From Callorhinchus milii (Eukaryota): a stretch of DNA of 64,000 bases. Below the pieces are notes generated by a model. That model was given only the letters and a program-made list of their open reading frames with translations. It was not told the DNA's origin and made no database searches. The stretch is taken from positions 76,882,001 to 76,946,000 of the forward strand of contig NW_024704743.1 of assembly GCF_018977255.1 (NCBI RefSeq). Reading direction: 5' to 3'. Each line of letters starts with the position of its first letter. Within the stretch, counting starts at the first letter, position 1. This document shows positions 53,301 through 61,982 of the stretch, piece by piece. Both the position numbers and the translations under genes were made by a program.

Positions 53301-54507
53301 ATTAAACCAAAGTCTTTTCAATAATAATTTAATAATAAACAATAATAAATTAGTCATTTTCAATCCACGACTGTTTGTGGGACACTGCTCTGCGCAAATA
53401 TACAGTCAATTCACTTTACAGATATTCTGTGACACGCTTTTGAGACGTCTAGAAGATGTGAAAAGCACTATATCAAATGCAAGGATTATTAGTATTATTT
53501 TTAATTATTATTATTATTTTCTGCCTGTTCCAGGGAAGGTTAAAGATTGCATATCAATTTAAAATAAAGAACGGAGTTTCTCCTTGTGTCCTGGTCGACA
53601 GTCTCTGTCACAGCTAAGAAATTACCAAGAAACGCTTTGAGACATTTCAGCATTCCAAGTATATTACCAAATGCAGTGTTACTGGATTATGTATCATAAT
53701 AAAATGATTTATGTAATTAAATATCGGATTATTTATTATATTACTTATCACACCATTTGTTATCAGATCATAAAACAACTTACCAGATCGTAAAATATAA
53801 TTAGTTTAGTAGATAACATAATTTGTTATCACATCATAACGTTATCAGATTAAGTAAATATATATCCAGCGCCTTGGGACATCCTCCCGACGTGAAAGGC
53901 AAATGTACTCTTACTGTTGTATCAGATTAATTGCTATCAGATATTATTTGTTATCAGTTTATCTGTATGTTTTGAGTTGTGTTGACGACAGAAAGCTGTA
54001 CATCAAATGCCAGGATTACTGGTACGGTTTATAAGTATTATTGTTACTCACTGTTATTGTAAGATTATTAATGATCAGATTACTTATTACTTATTATAAG
54101 TTTATCGCTTTTTTTTGGGGGGGGGTGAGGGGGGGGGGGAGTGAGGTGGGAAGCGATGCAGTGATTCAGTGAACACCCCCCACTCTCTCTATCTCTCACA
54201 CGTTTGCACTGCCCGCAGCCGCTGGCCCGGCCCCGGGCTCCGCGCCGCTCTCACCCAGCAGGAAGGTGGTGCTCAGCCTGGTGAGCGCCGTGTCCGACAG
54301 GCCGAGGTGGCAGCGGATGCTGGTCACCCACTTGCCCGAGGCAGCGGGGCAGACGGTTCTGGTCCTCTGCGGCGAGCAGTCCCGCCTCTTGTCCCGCTTG
54401 GGGCTGTCTGATTTCCGGGAGCTCCTGAGGGCCCTGGCGCCGCACTCCCCGCGCTCCTCACGCGCCAGCCGACTGCCCTTGGTGGCGCTCCGGGTCTTCA
54501 CCGCCAT
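2212..54507 (-). CDS. DPY19L1: Spliced CDS of a DPY19L1-type protein C-mannosyltransferase (22 coding exons, 2229 nt, 742 aa; DPY19L1 or its dpy19l1-like paralog)
   Basis: Manual exon chain with GT-AG borders and consistent phases. The translation contains DPY19L1/L2-family motifs [109 protein letters not shown] and [13 protein letters not shown]. Confidence 0.93.
3196..3268. repeat. 25-bp tandem repeat of a 20-bp palindrome
   Basis: TTGTGTACATATGTACACAA at 3219-3238 and 3244-3263, plus a partial copy at 3196-3213. Confidence 0.9.
3842..3967 (-). CDS. DPY19L1: exon 21, 126 nt ([13 protein letters not shown]...[14 protein letters not shown])
   Basis: cttag acceptor, AA|GTATGT donor. Confidence 0.96.
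4806..5273 (+). mobile_element. CR1 LINE 3' fragment
   Basis: [14 protein letters not shown].....[10 protein letters not shown] remnant plus the typical 3' UTR (GGCGGAGCAGGCTTGAGGGG...GAATGGCCTACTCCT). Confidence 0.85.
5400..5870 (+). mobile_element. Degraded CR1 RT fragment
   Basis: [16 protein letters not shown] and [16 protein letters not shown] remnants. Confidence 0.75.
5895..6860 (-). mobile_element. Degraded L2 LINE fragment(s)
   Basis: [21 protein letters not shown] and RVKFKIL remnants on the minus strand. Confidence 0.8.
6864..7210 (+). mobile_element. CR1 3' fragment
   Basis: [10 protein letters not shown]...TRGHRFRI...FFTQRVIN remnant. Confidence 0.75.
7282..7381 (-). CDS. DPY19L1: exon 20, 100 nt ([34 protein letters not shown])
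   Basis: ttacag acceptor, AG|GTTAGT donor. Confidence 0.96.
8889..9063 (-). CDS. DPY19L1: exon 19, 175 nt (LFGWITTK...[21 protein letters not shown])
   Basis: ttttctaaag acceptor, A|GTAAGT donor; lies within ORF 8878..9291. Confidence 0.95.
9235..9606 (-). mobile_element. Deu-type SINE, longer variant
   Basis: Same head, core and tail, plus an extra ~70-bp segment at ~9437-9506. Confidence 0.88.
10279..10398 (-). CDS. DPY19L1: exon 18, 120 nt (VVYHAFQLL...[23 protein letters not shown])
   Basis: ctacag acceptor, CAG|GTAAAA donor. Confidence 0.96.
12036..12060 (-). CDS. DPY19L1: exon 17, 25 nt (KKTAQHGE)
   Basis: ttttttatag acceptor, GAG|GTAAAA donor; ends in the HGE motif that precedes the VYH exon in DPY19L1. 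Confidence 0.9.
12124..12440 (+). mobile_element. Deu-type SINE, near full length
   Basis: Same family; head start duplicated (GTGGAGTCCTGTA GTGGAGTGCTGTA) with a deletion after the A box. Confidence 0.9.
12631..12692 (-). CDS. DPY19L1: exon 16, 62 nt ([21 protein letters not shown])
   Basis: tatttacag acceptor, GT|GTAAGT donor, phase 0 to 2 fits exon 17; variable loop region. Confidence 0.85.
13620..13850 (-). repeat. Unclassified interspersed repeat, three copies (also ~20570-20760 in the same orientation and ~55425-55635 inverted)
   Basis: Shared blocks such as CTCCAGCAGTAC.CCAA.GCACACTCTGGGGTCC and TGCGCC.AATACTTTC...GGAAT. Confidence 0.7.
14448..15793 (+). mobile_element. CR1 LINE, 5'-truncated (RT domain to 3' end)
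   Basis: [76 protein letters not shown]-type 3' end; frameshifts present. Confidence 0.95.
16407..16443 (-). ncRNA. Minimal type I hammerhead ribozyme motif in the Penelope terminal region
   Basis: Minus strand reads AGTT-CTGACGA-AGGGTCATGAACCT-GAAACGTT-GACT: CUGANGA and GAAA cores, stem I AGTT/GACT, stem II, and a short palindromic stem III. Confidence 0.7.
17048..18480 (+). mobile_element. L2-clade LINE 3' fragment inserted in the Penelope element
   Basis: SRLDY, LHWLP and [16 protein letters not shown] coding remnants; (TTG)n tail; near-TSD GTGGTAGT 17040-17047 / GTAGTAGT 18481-18488. Confidence 0.85.
17400..18014 (-). mobile_element. Relatively young L2 LINE 3' end nested in the older L2
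   Basis: Open frame [11 protein letters not shown]...[34 protein letters not shown]...APRLWNSIP; intact CpG-rich 3' stem-loop and (TTG)n tail; AAAC at both junctions. Confidence 0.9.
22520..23170 (-). mobile_element. Highly degraded L2 fragments
   Basis: [17 protein letters not shown] remnant and an L2 tail near 23120-23165. Confidence 0.55.
24875..24946 (-). CDS. DPY19L1: exon 15, 72 nt ([24 protein letters not shown])
   Basis: ttttcag acceptor, AAG|GTGAGT donor. Confidence 0.95.
25723..25824 (-). CDS. DPY19L1: exon 14, 102 nt ([34 protein letters not shown])
   Basis: tttcag acceptor, GAG|GTGATT donor. Confidence 0.95.
26506..26586 (-). CDS. DPY19L1: exon 13, 81 nt ([27 protein letters not shown])
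   Basis: ttttgcag acceptor, GAT|GTAAGT donor. Confidence 0.93.
27809..27871 (-). CDS. DPY19L1: exon 12, 63 nt ([21 protein letters not shown])
   Basis: ttttcgcgcag acceptor, TGT|GTAAGT donor, phase 0 to 0; a divergent segment at the expected position. Confidence 0.85.
27927..28853 (+). mobile_element. L2 LINE 3' fragment
   Basis: DDTQLYL...[17 protein letters not shown]...VRNLGVMFD...[16 protein letters not shown]...LWNSIP; (TTG)n tail. Confidence 0.92.
29853..30617 (-). mobile_element. L2 LINE 3' fragment
   Basis: [11 protein letters not shown] and [10 protein letters not shown] remnants; tail. Confidence 0.88.
30937..31023 (-). CDS. DPY19L1: exon 11, 87 nt ([29 protein letters not shown])
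   Basis: tacag acceptor, TGG|GTAAGT donor; MFGN..LL.SYY motif. Confidence 0.95.
32932..33009 (-). CDS. DPY19L1: exon 10, 78 nt ([26 protein letters not shown])
   Basis: tttttag acceptor, ATG|GTAAAT donor. Confidence 0.93.
34253..34352 (-). CDS. DPY19L1: exon 9, 100 nt (TPFVDKR...[13 protein letters not shown])
   Basis: aatag acceptor after a 95-nt intron; CAG|GTAAAG donor. Confidence 0.95.
34448..34539 (-). CDS. DPY19L1: exon 8, 92 nt ([31 protein letters not shown])
   Basis: ttttag acceptor, AG|GTACTG donor; signature motif. Confidence 0.96.
34752..34930. promoter_or_regulatory. Candidate intronic promoter with three ZNF143/Staf-like motifs
   Basis: 10 CpGs in 34759-34925 within an AT-rich intron; motifs at 34779-34803 (-), 34827-34847 (+) and 34884-34908 (+); donor-like sites on both strands. 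Confidence 0.5.
35819..35876 (-). CDS. DPY19L1: exon 7, 58 nt ([19 protein letters not shown])
   Basis: taacag acceptor, GAG|GTAAGT donor. Confidence 0.95.
37730..38240 (-). mobile_element. CR1 3' fragment
   Basis: CATAGAAT repeats (complement of the ATTCTATG tail) and a CR1 3' UTR. Confidence 0.85.
39870..40150 (+). mobile_element. L2 RT fragment
   Basis: GVPQGS, YANDT and [15 protein letters not shown] remnants. Confidence 0.75.
40592..40685 (-). CDS. DPY19L1: exon 6, 94 nt ([10 protein letters not shown]...YGTYLS)
   Basis: tttacag acceptor, AG|GTAAGA donor; follows a 106-nt intron. Confidence 0.95.
40792..40912 (-). CDS. DPY19L1: exon 5, 121 nt (VVLASWYR...NPVESCEG)
   Basis: cag acceptor, G|GTAAGT donor. 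Confidence 0.95.
42099..42247. mobile_element. Tc1/mariner-pogo (Tigger-like) MITE, 149 bp
   Basis: TIRs CAGTAGAACCCAGTTATAA and (reverse complement) CAGTAGAATTCTGTTATAA, 16/19 identical, flanked by TA at 42097-98 and 42248-49. Confidence 0.8.
43140..45660 (+). mobile_element. Long degraded L2 LINE (endonuclease end through RT and 3' region), interrupted by a SINE
   Basis: [64 protein letters not shown] and [10 protein letters not shown] remnants. Confidence 0.92.
44606..44822 (-). mobile_element. Deu-type SINE (5'-truncated) inserted in the L2 RT region
   Basis: Matches the 3' two-thirds of the SINE at 58514-58837. Confidence 0.88.
45660..45880 (+). mobile_element. Degraded CR1 fragment
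   Basis: [13 protein letters not shown] and KTLIRP-like remnants. Confidence 0.6.
46115..46612 (-). mobile_element. L2 LINE 3' fragment
   Basis: [33 protein letters not shown]; tail. Confidence 0.88.
47278..47732. repeat. C-rich minisatellite, ~30-31 bp unit (CCTAACCCCCTACCAACCACCCCGCCCCCT), about 15 degenerate copies
   Basis: Visible periodicity; directly follows an L2 remnant at ~47205-47280. Confidence 0.88.
48779..48916 (-). CDS. DPY19L1: exon 4, 138 nt (GLYYSFFK...[10 protein letters not shown])
   Basis: tttttag acceptor, GAG|GTTGGT donor, phase 0 to 0. Confidence 0.95.
50117..50204 (-). CDS. DPY19L1: exon 3, 88 nt ([29 protein letters not shown])
   Basis: AG/GTAAGA borders; signature DPY19 motif. 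Confidence 0.96.
50493..50860 (-). mobile_element. CR1 3' fragment
   Basis: [15 protein letters not shown]...TRGHSLKI...FFTQ; AGGAACAT repeats at the end. Confidence 0.88.
52330..52354 (-). CDS. DPY19L1: exon 2, 25 nt (AFVVGILHW)
   Basis: ttttcag acceptor, TG|GTAAGT donor, phase 1 to 2. Confidence 0.88.
53183..53208. repeat. (TTCA)n microsatellite
   Basis: Direct reading of the sequence. Confidence 0.85.
54255..54507 (-). CDS. DPY19L1: DPY19L1-type coding exon 1 ([10 protein letters not shown]...LSTTFLL, 84 codons + 1 nt)
   Basis: ATG in AACAAGATGGCG context inside the CpG island; donor G|GTGAGA; phase 1 matches exon 2. Confidence 0.85.
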
Positions 54508-54602
54508 CTTGTTCGCACTTGCTGCCGCTTCTGGCCTCGGCTCGGCTCCCCCCTGGTTGGTTTGCTCGTGTTGTCTGCCCTCTCCCCCTGTCCCTGACTC
54601 CA

Positions 54603-54634
<32 letters not shown>

Positions 54635-54638
54635 GACA
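54603..54638. repeat. (CT)n(CA)n microsatellite in the promoter/5' UTR
   Basis: Direct reading of the sequence. Confidence 0.9.
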
Positions 54639-57600
54639 CTGCCCCGCCCGCCCCGCCCCGCCCGGGCCCCGCTTCACTCCGGCTCCTCCCACACCCGCAC
54701 CGTCACCACGGCAACAGCGGCCGCCAACAAGAGTCGCACACGGACAAGAGGGTCCGCCTCCAGCCCCGCCTGTTTCTCCTTCAACTCCCAACACACCCCC
54801 CGTTGCCTCCAAACACTATCCCCTCTCCCCCTCTCCCCTTCTCCCAGCGCATCCCGCATTTTGCACAACCAAATCCGGGTACACATGCGCTGTAATTGAA
54901 CTCGCCACAATTCCCGATGCTGGCAGTGCTGGGGAGGGTTGCTGGATTAATGGCTGCATTTCTCTGATGAGTGTTCTCTGATCTGCGATGTTGTTGTTGT
55001 TGTTGCTCAGCTTGTCGATGAACTCAAGACAGCGCAGAGGTGGCCGGGCACAATATCTGGTTTGCTTGGCCGAGGACCGTTTCGCCCACAAAATATGCAG
55101 TCAATGCACCCTACAGTGTAATAATAATAATATATTATTATTATTATTACAGTGTATTCTGTGAAGCGCTTCCGAGATGTCTCGAAGACGTGATAAGGCG
55201 CTATATCAAAATGCAACTATTGTTACTATTATTATTACCTCATCTGGAGACTGTCCCGGGAAATTGGGGCATCTGGTCGCTCTACAAGGTGTAATGACTC
55301 TATTTGTAGACGGATGTCAGCAGCCAATTTGCGCACAGCAATGTCCCACAAACAGCTATGAAGTGTATGACCAGTTTTATCTATGGACTGTTTTATGGGG
55401 ATCAGCGAAGTGTCTTGACAGGGAGATGCCCATCACTATGTATCCAAACTAAATTAAGAATTCCATGCATCCCAAGTACACATGGAATTCCCAGAGATTG
55501 ATTGTTGGAATGGAATGCGCACATTCCCTGGACGGACGGATCCTGCTTATCGAATCCTCGAAAGTATTAGGCGCAGATTGGCAAGAGCCAAGGCTTGAGG
55601 ACCCCAGAGTGTGCGTTGGAGTACTGCTGGAGTGCTCTATTCCATTTGATATAAAGCACCTCATCACTGATCGAGTTGTCTTAAAGAGCTTCACAGTATT
55701 ACTACAAGTGTAGTGACTGTATTTGTAGGTTGATAAGGAATGTTCATCATAGCAATGGCCCATTATCAGCCATGAAGGGATCAACTAATTTTATCTGGGG
55801 ATTGTTGGCCAGGAAAGCATGAGAAACTCCCATCTTTTTTCAATTAGTGCCATGCTTCACTGGAGAAAATATGGGGAGAAAATTAACTTAAACAAGGGTA
55901 GCTTATTAGTGGCATACACTGTTTAGTCCAGAGGGTCACACAGGTCAAGAATCCCTGGTTATTCCCTGTTCTTAGCTGTGTCAGAGTGAGGGAAAACTCA
56001 AAGGAGTAATCCTCAAGCGGCTCCCAAATGTCTTGCAGCCAGTTCTAATGATATGGATCAAGAACTGGAAACAGACTGAACCAGCTAAAACCTCTAAGTT
56101 TGTCATTGATGACAAGTTTTACCATTGGTCGTCCAGCTAGGACTACCCTACCTACTCTGGATTGTTGGTTAGAACAGCAGAGACATTCCCTTCTTTTAAA
56201 TCCACAGACAGATGGGACTCGGTTTAATGCCTCATCTGAAGAACGTTACCTCCAACAATGCATAGTTTCAGCCTAGACTATGAATTCAAAATCCTGACAT
56301 GGGGCTTGAACCCACAGCCACAAGTTTGTTAAAGTACCTGATTAATGTGAAAGATCTCATTGGTTTTATTCTCCCAGTGTCCCGGGCAACAATAAATTGG
56401 TCATTCACTTCATTTGCCATTTGTAGGGCATTGCTGTACACAAATTAACTACAATGTCTGCCTACAAATAAATCATCGCTACACTTAACAATTCCATGTG
56501 TATGCTTTGAGGTGTTTTAATAACAATAATCCTTGCATTTGATATAGCGTCTTATCACGTTTTTGAGTCATCTCAAAGCACTTCACAGAATATACTGTAA
56601 AGCGAATTGACTACATTTTGTGGGCGAAAGGGTTTGACATTATAGGAGTTATATCAAACGCAAGGATTATTATTAAAAGTATCTTATCACTGGGGGATCC
56701 TCAATGTTGATTTTCAGACATAAACCATCGCATTAGAGCTTGTTTGGCAATGCAGACATTTGTGAACTGCTGCCTGAACATATCAGCACAGACATGAGCT
56801 TTTTACTTACAATCGCTCAACACACTATAACACACTATATTATCAGCAATGCACTGACAAATTGTCCTATTTTGTTTGATCTCCTAAACTGTGTTTTGTG
56901 GAGAAAATTCTATTCAGTAAACTTTATTTCTTTACATGAATTCACAGATTTCAGATGCATGAATTTCCATTCAATATCTCTTGATGTTTTCAACAAATAG
57001 TCTCAAAATATTAATTTGAAAGTCAGAGTCTTATAATTTATGTTTTGTGTGTAGTTTGCATTCATAACCCTATTCTGCTGCTGAACTCTTGTTATTTATT
57101 TTACTGTCAAAACTTCAGAGACATTTTACAAAGCTGCTCTATAGTAATCCTTGCATTTGATATAGGACCTCATTGAGACATCTCAAAGCGCTTTACAGGA
57201 TGCACTTTAAAGTGATGTGACACTGTATCATATTAGTTCAAATGACAATGAGCAAAAGGATTGAGGTAAGTGGTAATTGGGGTCTAATATACGCAACAAT
57301 TTCTAACTGGATTAAGAACTTCTTCTGGTAACGGGATAATTCCTTCTGACAATGTGTCAACCAGTGGGAACTCTGCTCTGAAAGCAGATAATGCCGGACA
57401 ATATTCCCATGGGTTGATGAATCCTCACTTTACGTAATTGAGGAATCCTTTAAATATTCGACTCCACTGTCTTTATTGAGATGAGAAATGGAAAACACAA
57501 ATATGAATAAAAGACACCAATTTTATAACAAACACAAAATTCACAATAAACCTCAATTTCTGTTACACTAACAAAATAAAATTCAAGCGTATCTGAAAGA

Positions 57601-58513
57601 AGCAGATCCAAATAAAGTGTATAAATAAATATCAGTGAGTTATAGTGCAATATCTTTTAGACTGAATGAAATGCACAAATGTGGTTTCCCTGATGACTTA
57701 TTGAGTTTATCAGTTAGGAACTAAGACAAAAGGGTCAAAAATCCAGGGTACAAATGTTACAAATGTGGAGATATTCATAGTAACTAATCTTTATAAAATC
57801 CTTCTTACATTTCATCATTACTGTAACGCAATGCCAAATGAAGATGTTACAACAACAACTTGAATTTGTATAGTGCCCTTCGTGCAGCATAGTGTCTCAG
57901 AGTGAGACACAAGTGGTGGATCTGGATGCTGATCAAGGAAGGATGGGGATATGACTATAGACACAGTCAAAAACTTGGATCTTATGGTTATAGAAACAGA
58001 GACAGATATAAACATTCCCCGATAAATTACAACAAACATTTTAACAATGGAGATACTGGTATGCTTATAACAATCAATGTGAGCATTGACATTTTGAACA
58101 GCTGGTGTTGTCTGTAAGCAGATGCCCTAGTGTTGTTGCAAAACAGCTTTTCTTAAAAAATTGCTCTTTAGAGATGTTGCAAGTTTGAAGAAAGAGGAAC
58201 CTCTCCCTAGATTGTCAAGGCCTGACAATTCTGGACTGCTGCTCTACAGTGCAATATGTTATCATTTCCTGAATCGTGTACCTTTCTTATCAACAATAGC
58301 CAAACCTGTTAGGTGTGACTTCTCCAGGCCCATCCCTTCCCAAGACCAGTAAACAGTGTGGGATGTAACTCCTTGTACAAAATGGTGTACGGGAAAAGGA
58401 CCATCGGATAAGAATGGTGTAACATTAGCATACAGACTGACGTTTGCCTATAACAGACATTTATGGCCAAGAGTTGAATTAGCCGTAATTAAAGAAGGTT
58501 TTAGTTAAAGTTT

Positions 58514-58837
58514 GTGGAGTTCTGTAGCTCAGTGGTTAGAGCACTTGCTTTGCAAGCGAGAGACCCGAGTTCAATTCCAGACAGGGCGAAACCTTGGGCA
58601 AGTTTCCTTACTCCACACGCCTAATAATAATCCCTCCAAAACTAAAAAAAAAAAATTGGTCATTTTCAATCTACGACTGTTTGTGGGACATTGCTGTGCG
58701 CAATTGGCTTCTGCGTTCGCCCACAAATATACAGTCAATTCACTTTACAGTGTGTTCTGTGAAACGCTTTGGGACGTCCTCCCGACGTGAAAAGCGCTAT
58801 ATCAAATGCAAGGATTATTATTATTATTATTATTATT
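58514..58837 (+). mobile_element. Full-length tRNA-headed Deu-type SINE with L2-like tail
   Basis: A box TAGCTCAGTGG, B box GTTCAATTCC, core CTGTTTGTGGGACATTGCTGTGCGCAATTGGCT, 3' stem-loop and (TTA)n. Confidence 0.92.
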
Positions 58838-59154
58838 AAAGGAACATGTTGCCCATTGTATTTGTTTTCCAAAGTGCCATGTTAGAATGCCTGTAGCATT
58901 CTTCCTTGCTAACATTTTCCAGTCATAAATCATAGTGGTCTTAAAACAATATAAAATAACAATTCTACAGAGCAAAATAATTTTGTTCGTAGCTCACCTA
59001 TTAATAACAGTCATTATAATAATAATATTACTAATAATATCCTTGCATTTGATAAAGTGCCTTATCACGTCTTCGAGACGTCTCAAAGCGCTTCACAGAA
59101 TATACTGTAAAGTGAATACTACTGAAGGTTTTTACACTGATAGCATGAATTTTT

Positions 59155-59300
59155 GGTAGGTCACGGTATTAAGGGATATGGGGAGAAAGTGGGAAATTGG
59201 AAGTGAAAGGATTAGTTGAGGTACAGATCAGCCATGATCCAATTAAATGGCGGAACAGGCTCGAAAGGCTGAATGGCGTTCTCCTAATCCTATGTTCCCA
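59155..59300 (+). mobile_element. CR1-type 3' UTR fragment
   Basis: AAGGGATATGGG...GATCAGCCATGATC...AATGGCGGAACAGGCTCG...CCTATGTTCC. Confidence 0.75.
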
Positions 59301-59364
59301 ATTTCTTTAACATTGCAAAAAAAAGTACAGGATTTCACTACGGCTTTAGCACTTGCTGCGGTAT

Positions 59365-59690
59365 AACAACAACAACTTGCATTTATATAGTGCCTTTTAT
59401 GAGGGGTAGCATTCCGGAGAGCTTCACAGTGGCGGAGTCTGACAATGAGCCAAGGGCAGAGGGAGGTGACCATTAGCACGATCAAAAAGGTAGGTCTTTA
59501 GGCATGATTTGACGATGGGGAGAGGGGGGACAAGGTGGAAGCATTAAGGGAGAGAGTTCCAGAGTTTTGGGGGTTAGTGGCTGAAGGCACTCCCACCGAT
59601 GGTGGAATGGAGAGCACGAGGGACAAGTAGGAAGCCGGAGCCAGCTGAGTGGAGGCAGTGGGTGGTGGAGTGGGGGTTAAATAGGTGTCT
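59365..59690 (-). mobile_element. L2-type 3' fragment
   Basis: CAACAACTTGCATTTATATAG tail and an LWNSLP remnant. Confidence 0.7.
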
Positions 59691-61185
59691 ACAAATATGG
59701 ACAGTAGACGGCAAAGATTCTAGAGTGAATTCTTGGTCTCTGAGTTACCTGACCTCATTCAGGGCAGCAGTGTGACATTTGCTTTTAGCCTCTGAGTTCC
59801 AGAGGGGGAACCCCAGTCTTGGCTCCCACTTTGAATTGGTATCCATCCTGTTGGAAAGTGTGTCTATGTGTATGTGTGAATGCTGGAGAAGGGTAGGCAA
59901 GATCAGGTTCAGCTGCAATGTCCCACAGTTGAGACGTCTGCAAAGACTCACTGAAGGTCCATGCCTCGATGATGTATGAGGGATCATCTGGCAGTTCCCA
60001 TGGAAGAGAGGAAAGAATACACAAATCAACATGAAATTACTTATATTCTGCACAAAATAAAGAGAAACATAGATGTACACAACAATCCTCCAGATTAATT
60101 GGCCATTCACTTCATGGCTGTTTGTGGGATTTTGTTGTATGCAATTTAGCTGCCGCACTTACCTACAAAAACATTCACTACATTTGACAGCAATTACTTG
60201 TGAAGAGCTTTGAAACATTTTAAATCTATAGACATTACATCAAAAAGCAACTATTATTATAAAAAATGAGATTATTCTAGAGTTACATATTTTCCTAATA
60301 TAGATGAAACGAAGCATGAATGTGCAATCAAAAAGCAAGATTGATGTGCCACTCACTCAGGCTACAAATACAGCAGTGAACAGAAGGGCAATCATCCATG
60401 CAGCACTGATAGTGTATGTGTTTCTAATAGTATCTATGATTCCAAGCATATCTGCTGCTCTAAGATATTGGGGAAATGTAATGAAAAATAATGTGATTTA
60501 AGTAGCATAGCAATGCTAGTTCAAGAATTGTATGTAAAATATGAACAAAGTATTAATACTTATTTTAAGTATTAGCCCTCAGACCCTTCCTGATACCAAC
60601 CTGTGATTTGGATGCTCATATTATTATCCTGATCTTTATTTGAAGCTAAATGATGTTATGCATTAGGTTGTATATAATTGGCCTCCAAACCACTGTGCTC
60701 AGTGTTTCATTATGTGCTCTCTCACTGGATGATTTATGCCTACAGGACTATAATTTATTGTTAAATGATTTATACTTTGCTTGTGGAACAACACAGACTG
60801 TAGGAGACAGAGCTGATGTCAGTGTAATTTCATATTACATATTTGACCCAAATATCATTCTTTGAATTTTCCAATCAAATCGACAGCCAAGACTCCTCTG
60901 TTCCAAGACATATCCACTAGATGGCAGACGACTCAAGACAATGCAACATTGTCCAGCATTGCCATCAAATGCTTCTATGTCTTTCCCTTGTCAAAAGATA
61001 TTATTTATTTTTGCTGCACCTGTTTTGTTTCAGTGCCCTGTCTGTTTTAGTTAATTTTTTATTCAATGTAAATACAATATCTATCTGTGTGGAGTCATTT
61101 GGGAAGTAAAATCAGTCATCGGTTGCTAAGTTTAATTATTTCATGGCGTTGCTCATTTCTGAGATCACCTCAAAGTGTCTAGATA

Positions 61186-61622
61186 ATAATAATAATGCTT
61201 ACATTTGGTATAGCACCTTCCACGTTGGGAGGGCATTCCAAAGAGCTTCACAAGATGTATTGTGCAGTGCAGTGACTATTTTTGTGAGCAGACACAGCAA
61301 CCAATTTGCACACAGCAATGTCCCACAAATAGCCATGAAATGAGTGACCACATTTATTTGGGGGGATTGTTAGACAGTACACAAGAATAAACTCCCTTCT
61401 CTTTTCAGATAAGATCTTTAACACCCATCTGAACAGGCAGATGGGGTGTTGGTTTAATGTCTCACCTGAAGGATGGTGCCTCCAACAATACAGCACATCC
61501 CTAGCACTGCACTGGAATGTCAGCTTAGACGATATGAGTTCAATGTCCCTGCATAGAACGTAGACCCCACAGCTTTCTGACTCAGAGGTGAGGATGTTAT
61601 CAACTAATCTATAGGCTGACAC
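61186..61622 (-). mobile_element. Older, longer Deu-type SINE (SacSINE/AmnSINE-like); related fragments near 27390-27686, 38320-38740, 41245-41530, 53215-53590 and 55640-56320
   Basis: Head GTCAGCC...CCTCTGAGTCAGAAAGCTGTGGG, central GAGACATTAAACC...CTGCCTGTTCAGATGG, and the Deu core. Confidence 0.7.
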
Positions 61623-61659
61623 ACTGATCATTAAAGGGGCAGCAGGGTTATTGATGTTA

Positions 61660-61982
61660 ATAATAATAATAATAATCCTTGCATTTGATATAGCGCTTTT
61701 CACGTCAGGAGGACGTCCCAAAGCGCTTCACAGAACACACTGTAAAGTGAATTGACTGTATATTTGTGGGCGAACGCGGCAGCCAATTGCGCACAGCAAT
61801 GTCCCACAAACAGTCGTGGATTGAAAATGACTAATTTATTATTGTTTTTGGTTTTGGAGGGATTATTATTAGGCTCTGTGTGGAGTAAGGAAACTTGCCC
61901 AAGGTTTTGCCCTGCCTGGAATTGAACTCAGGTCTCTAGCTTGCAAAGCGAGTGCCCTAACCACTGAGCTACAGGACTCCAC
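61660..61982 (-). mobile_element. Full-length tRNA-headed Deu-type SINE
   Basis: Reverse-complement match to 58514-58837. Confidence 0.92.

Larger units (their letters stand above)
54200..54925 (-). promoter_or_regulatory. CpG-island promoter of the DPY19 gene: GC boxes, X-box-like, YY1-like and ZNF143-like motifs
   Basis: High GC and CpG density against a CpG-poor background. Tandem CCCCGCCC at ~54641-54672, GTCACCACGGCAAC at 54702-54715, AAGATGGCG over the start codon, CCACAATTCCCGATGC at ~54906-54920. Confidence 0.85.

Noticed and set aside
54508..54603. N-terminal extension of exon 1 suggested by the ORF track
   Set aside because: It begins at GTG beside a microsatellite; the first in-frame ATG with good context is at 54507.
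54266..54899. 209-aa and 126-aa plus-strand ORFs over the CpG island
   Set aside because: Antisense shadows of GC-rich exon 1 and promoter; they run through a microsatellite and have no recognisable domain.
58517..58590. tRNA-Ala-like sequence (similar heads at 160-227, 9540-9606 and 61910-61980)
   Set aside because: These are SINE heads: each continues directly into the SINE body and the acceptor stem is imperfect.
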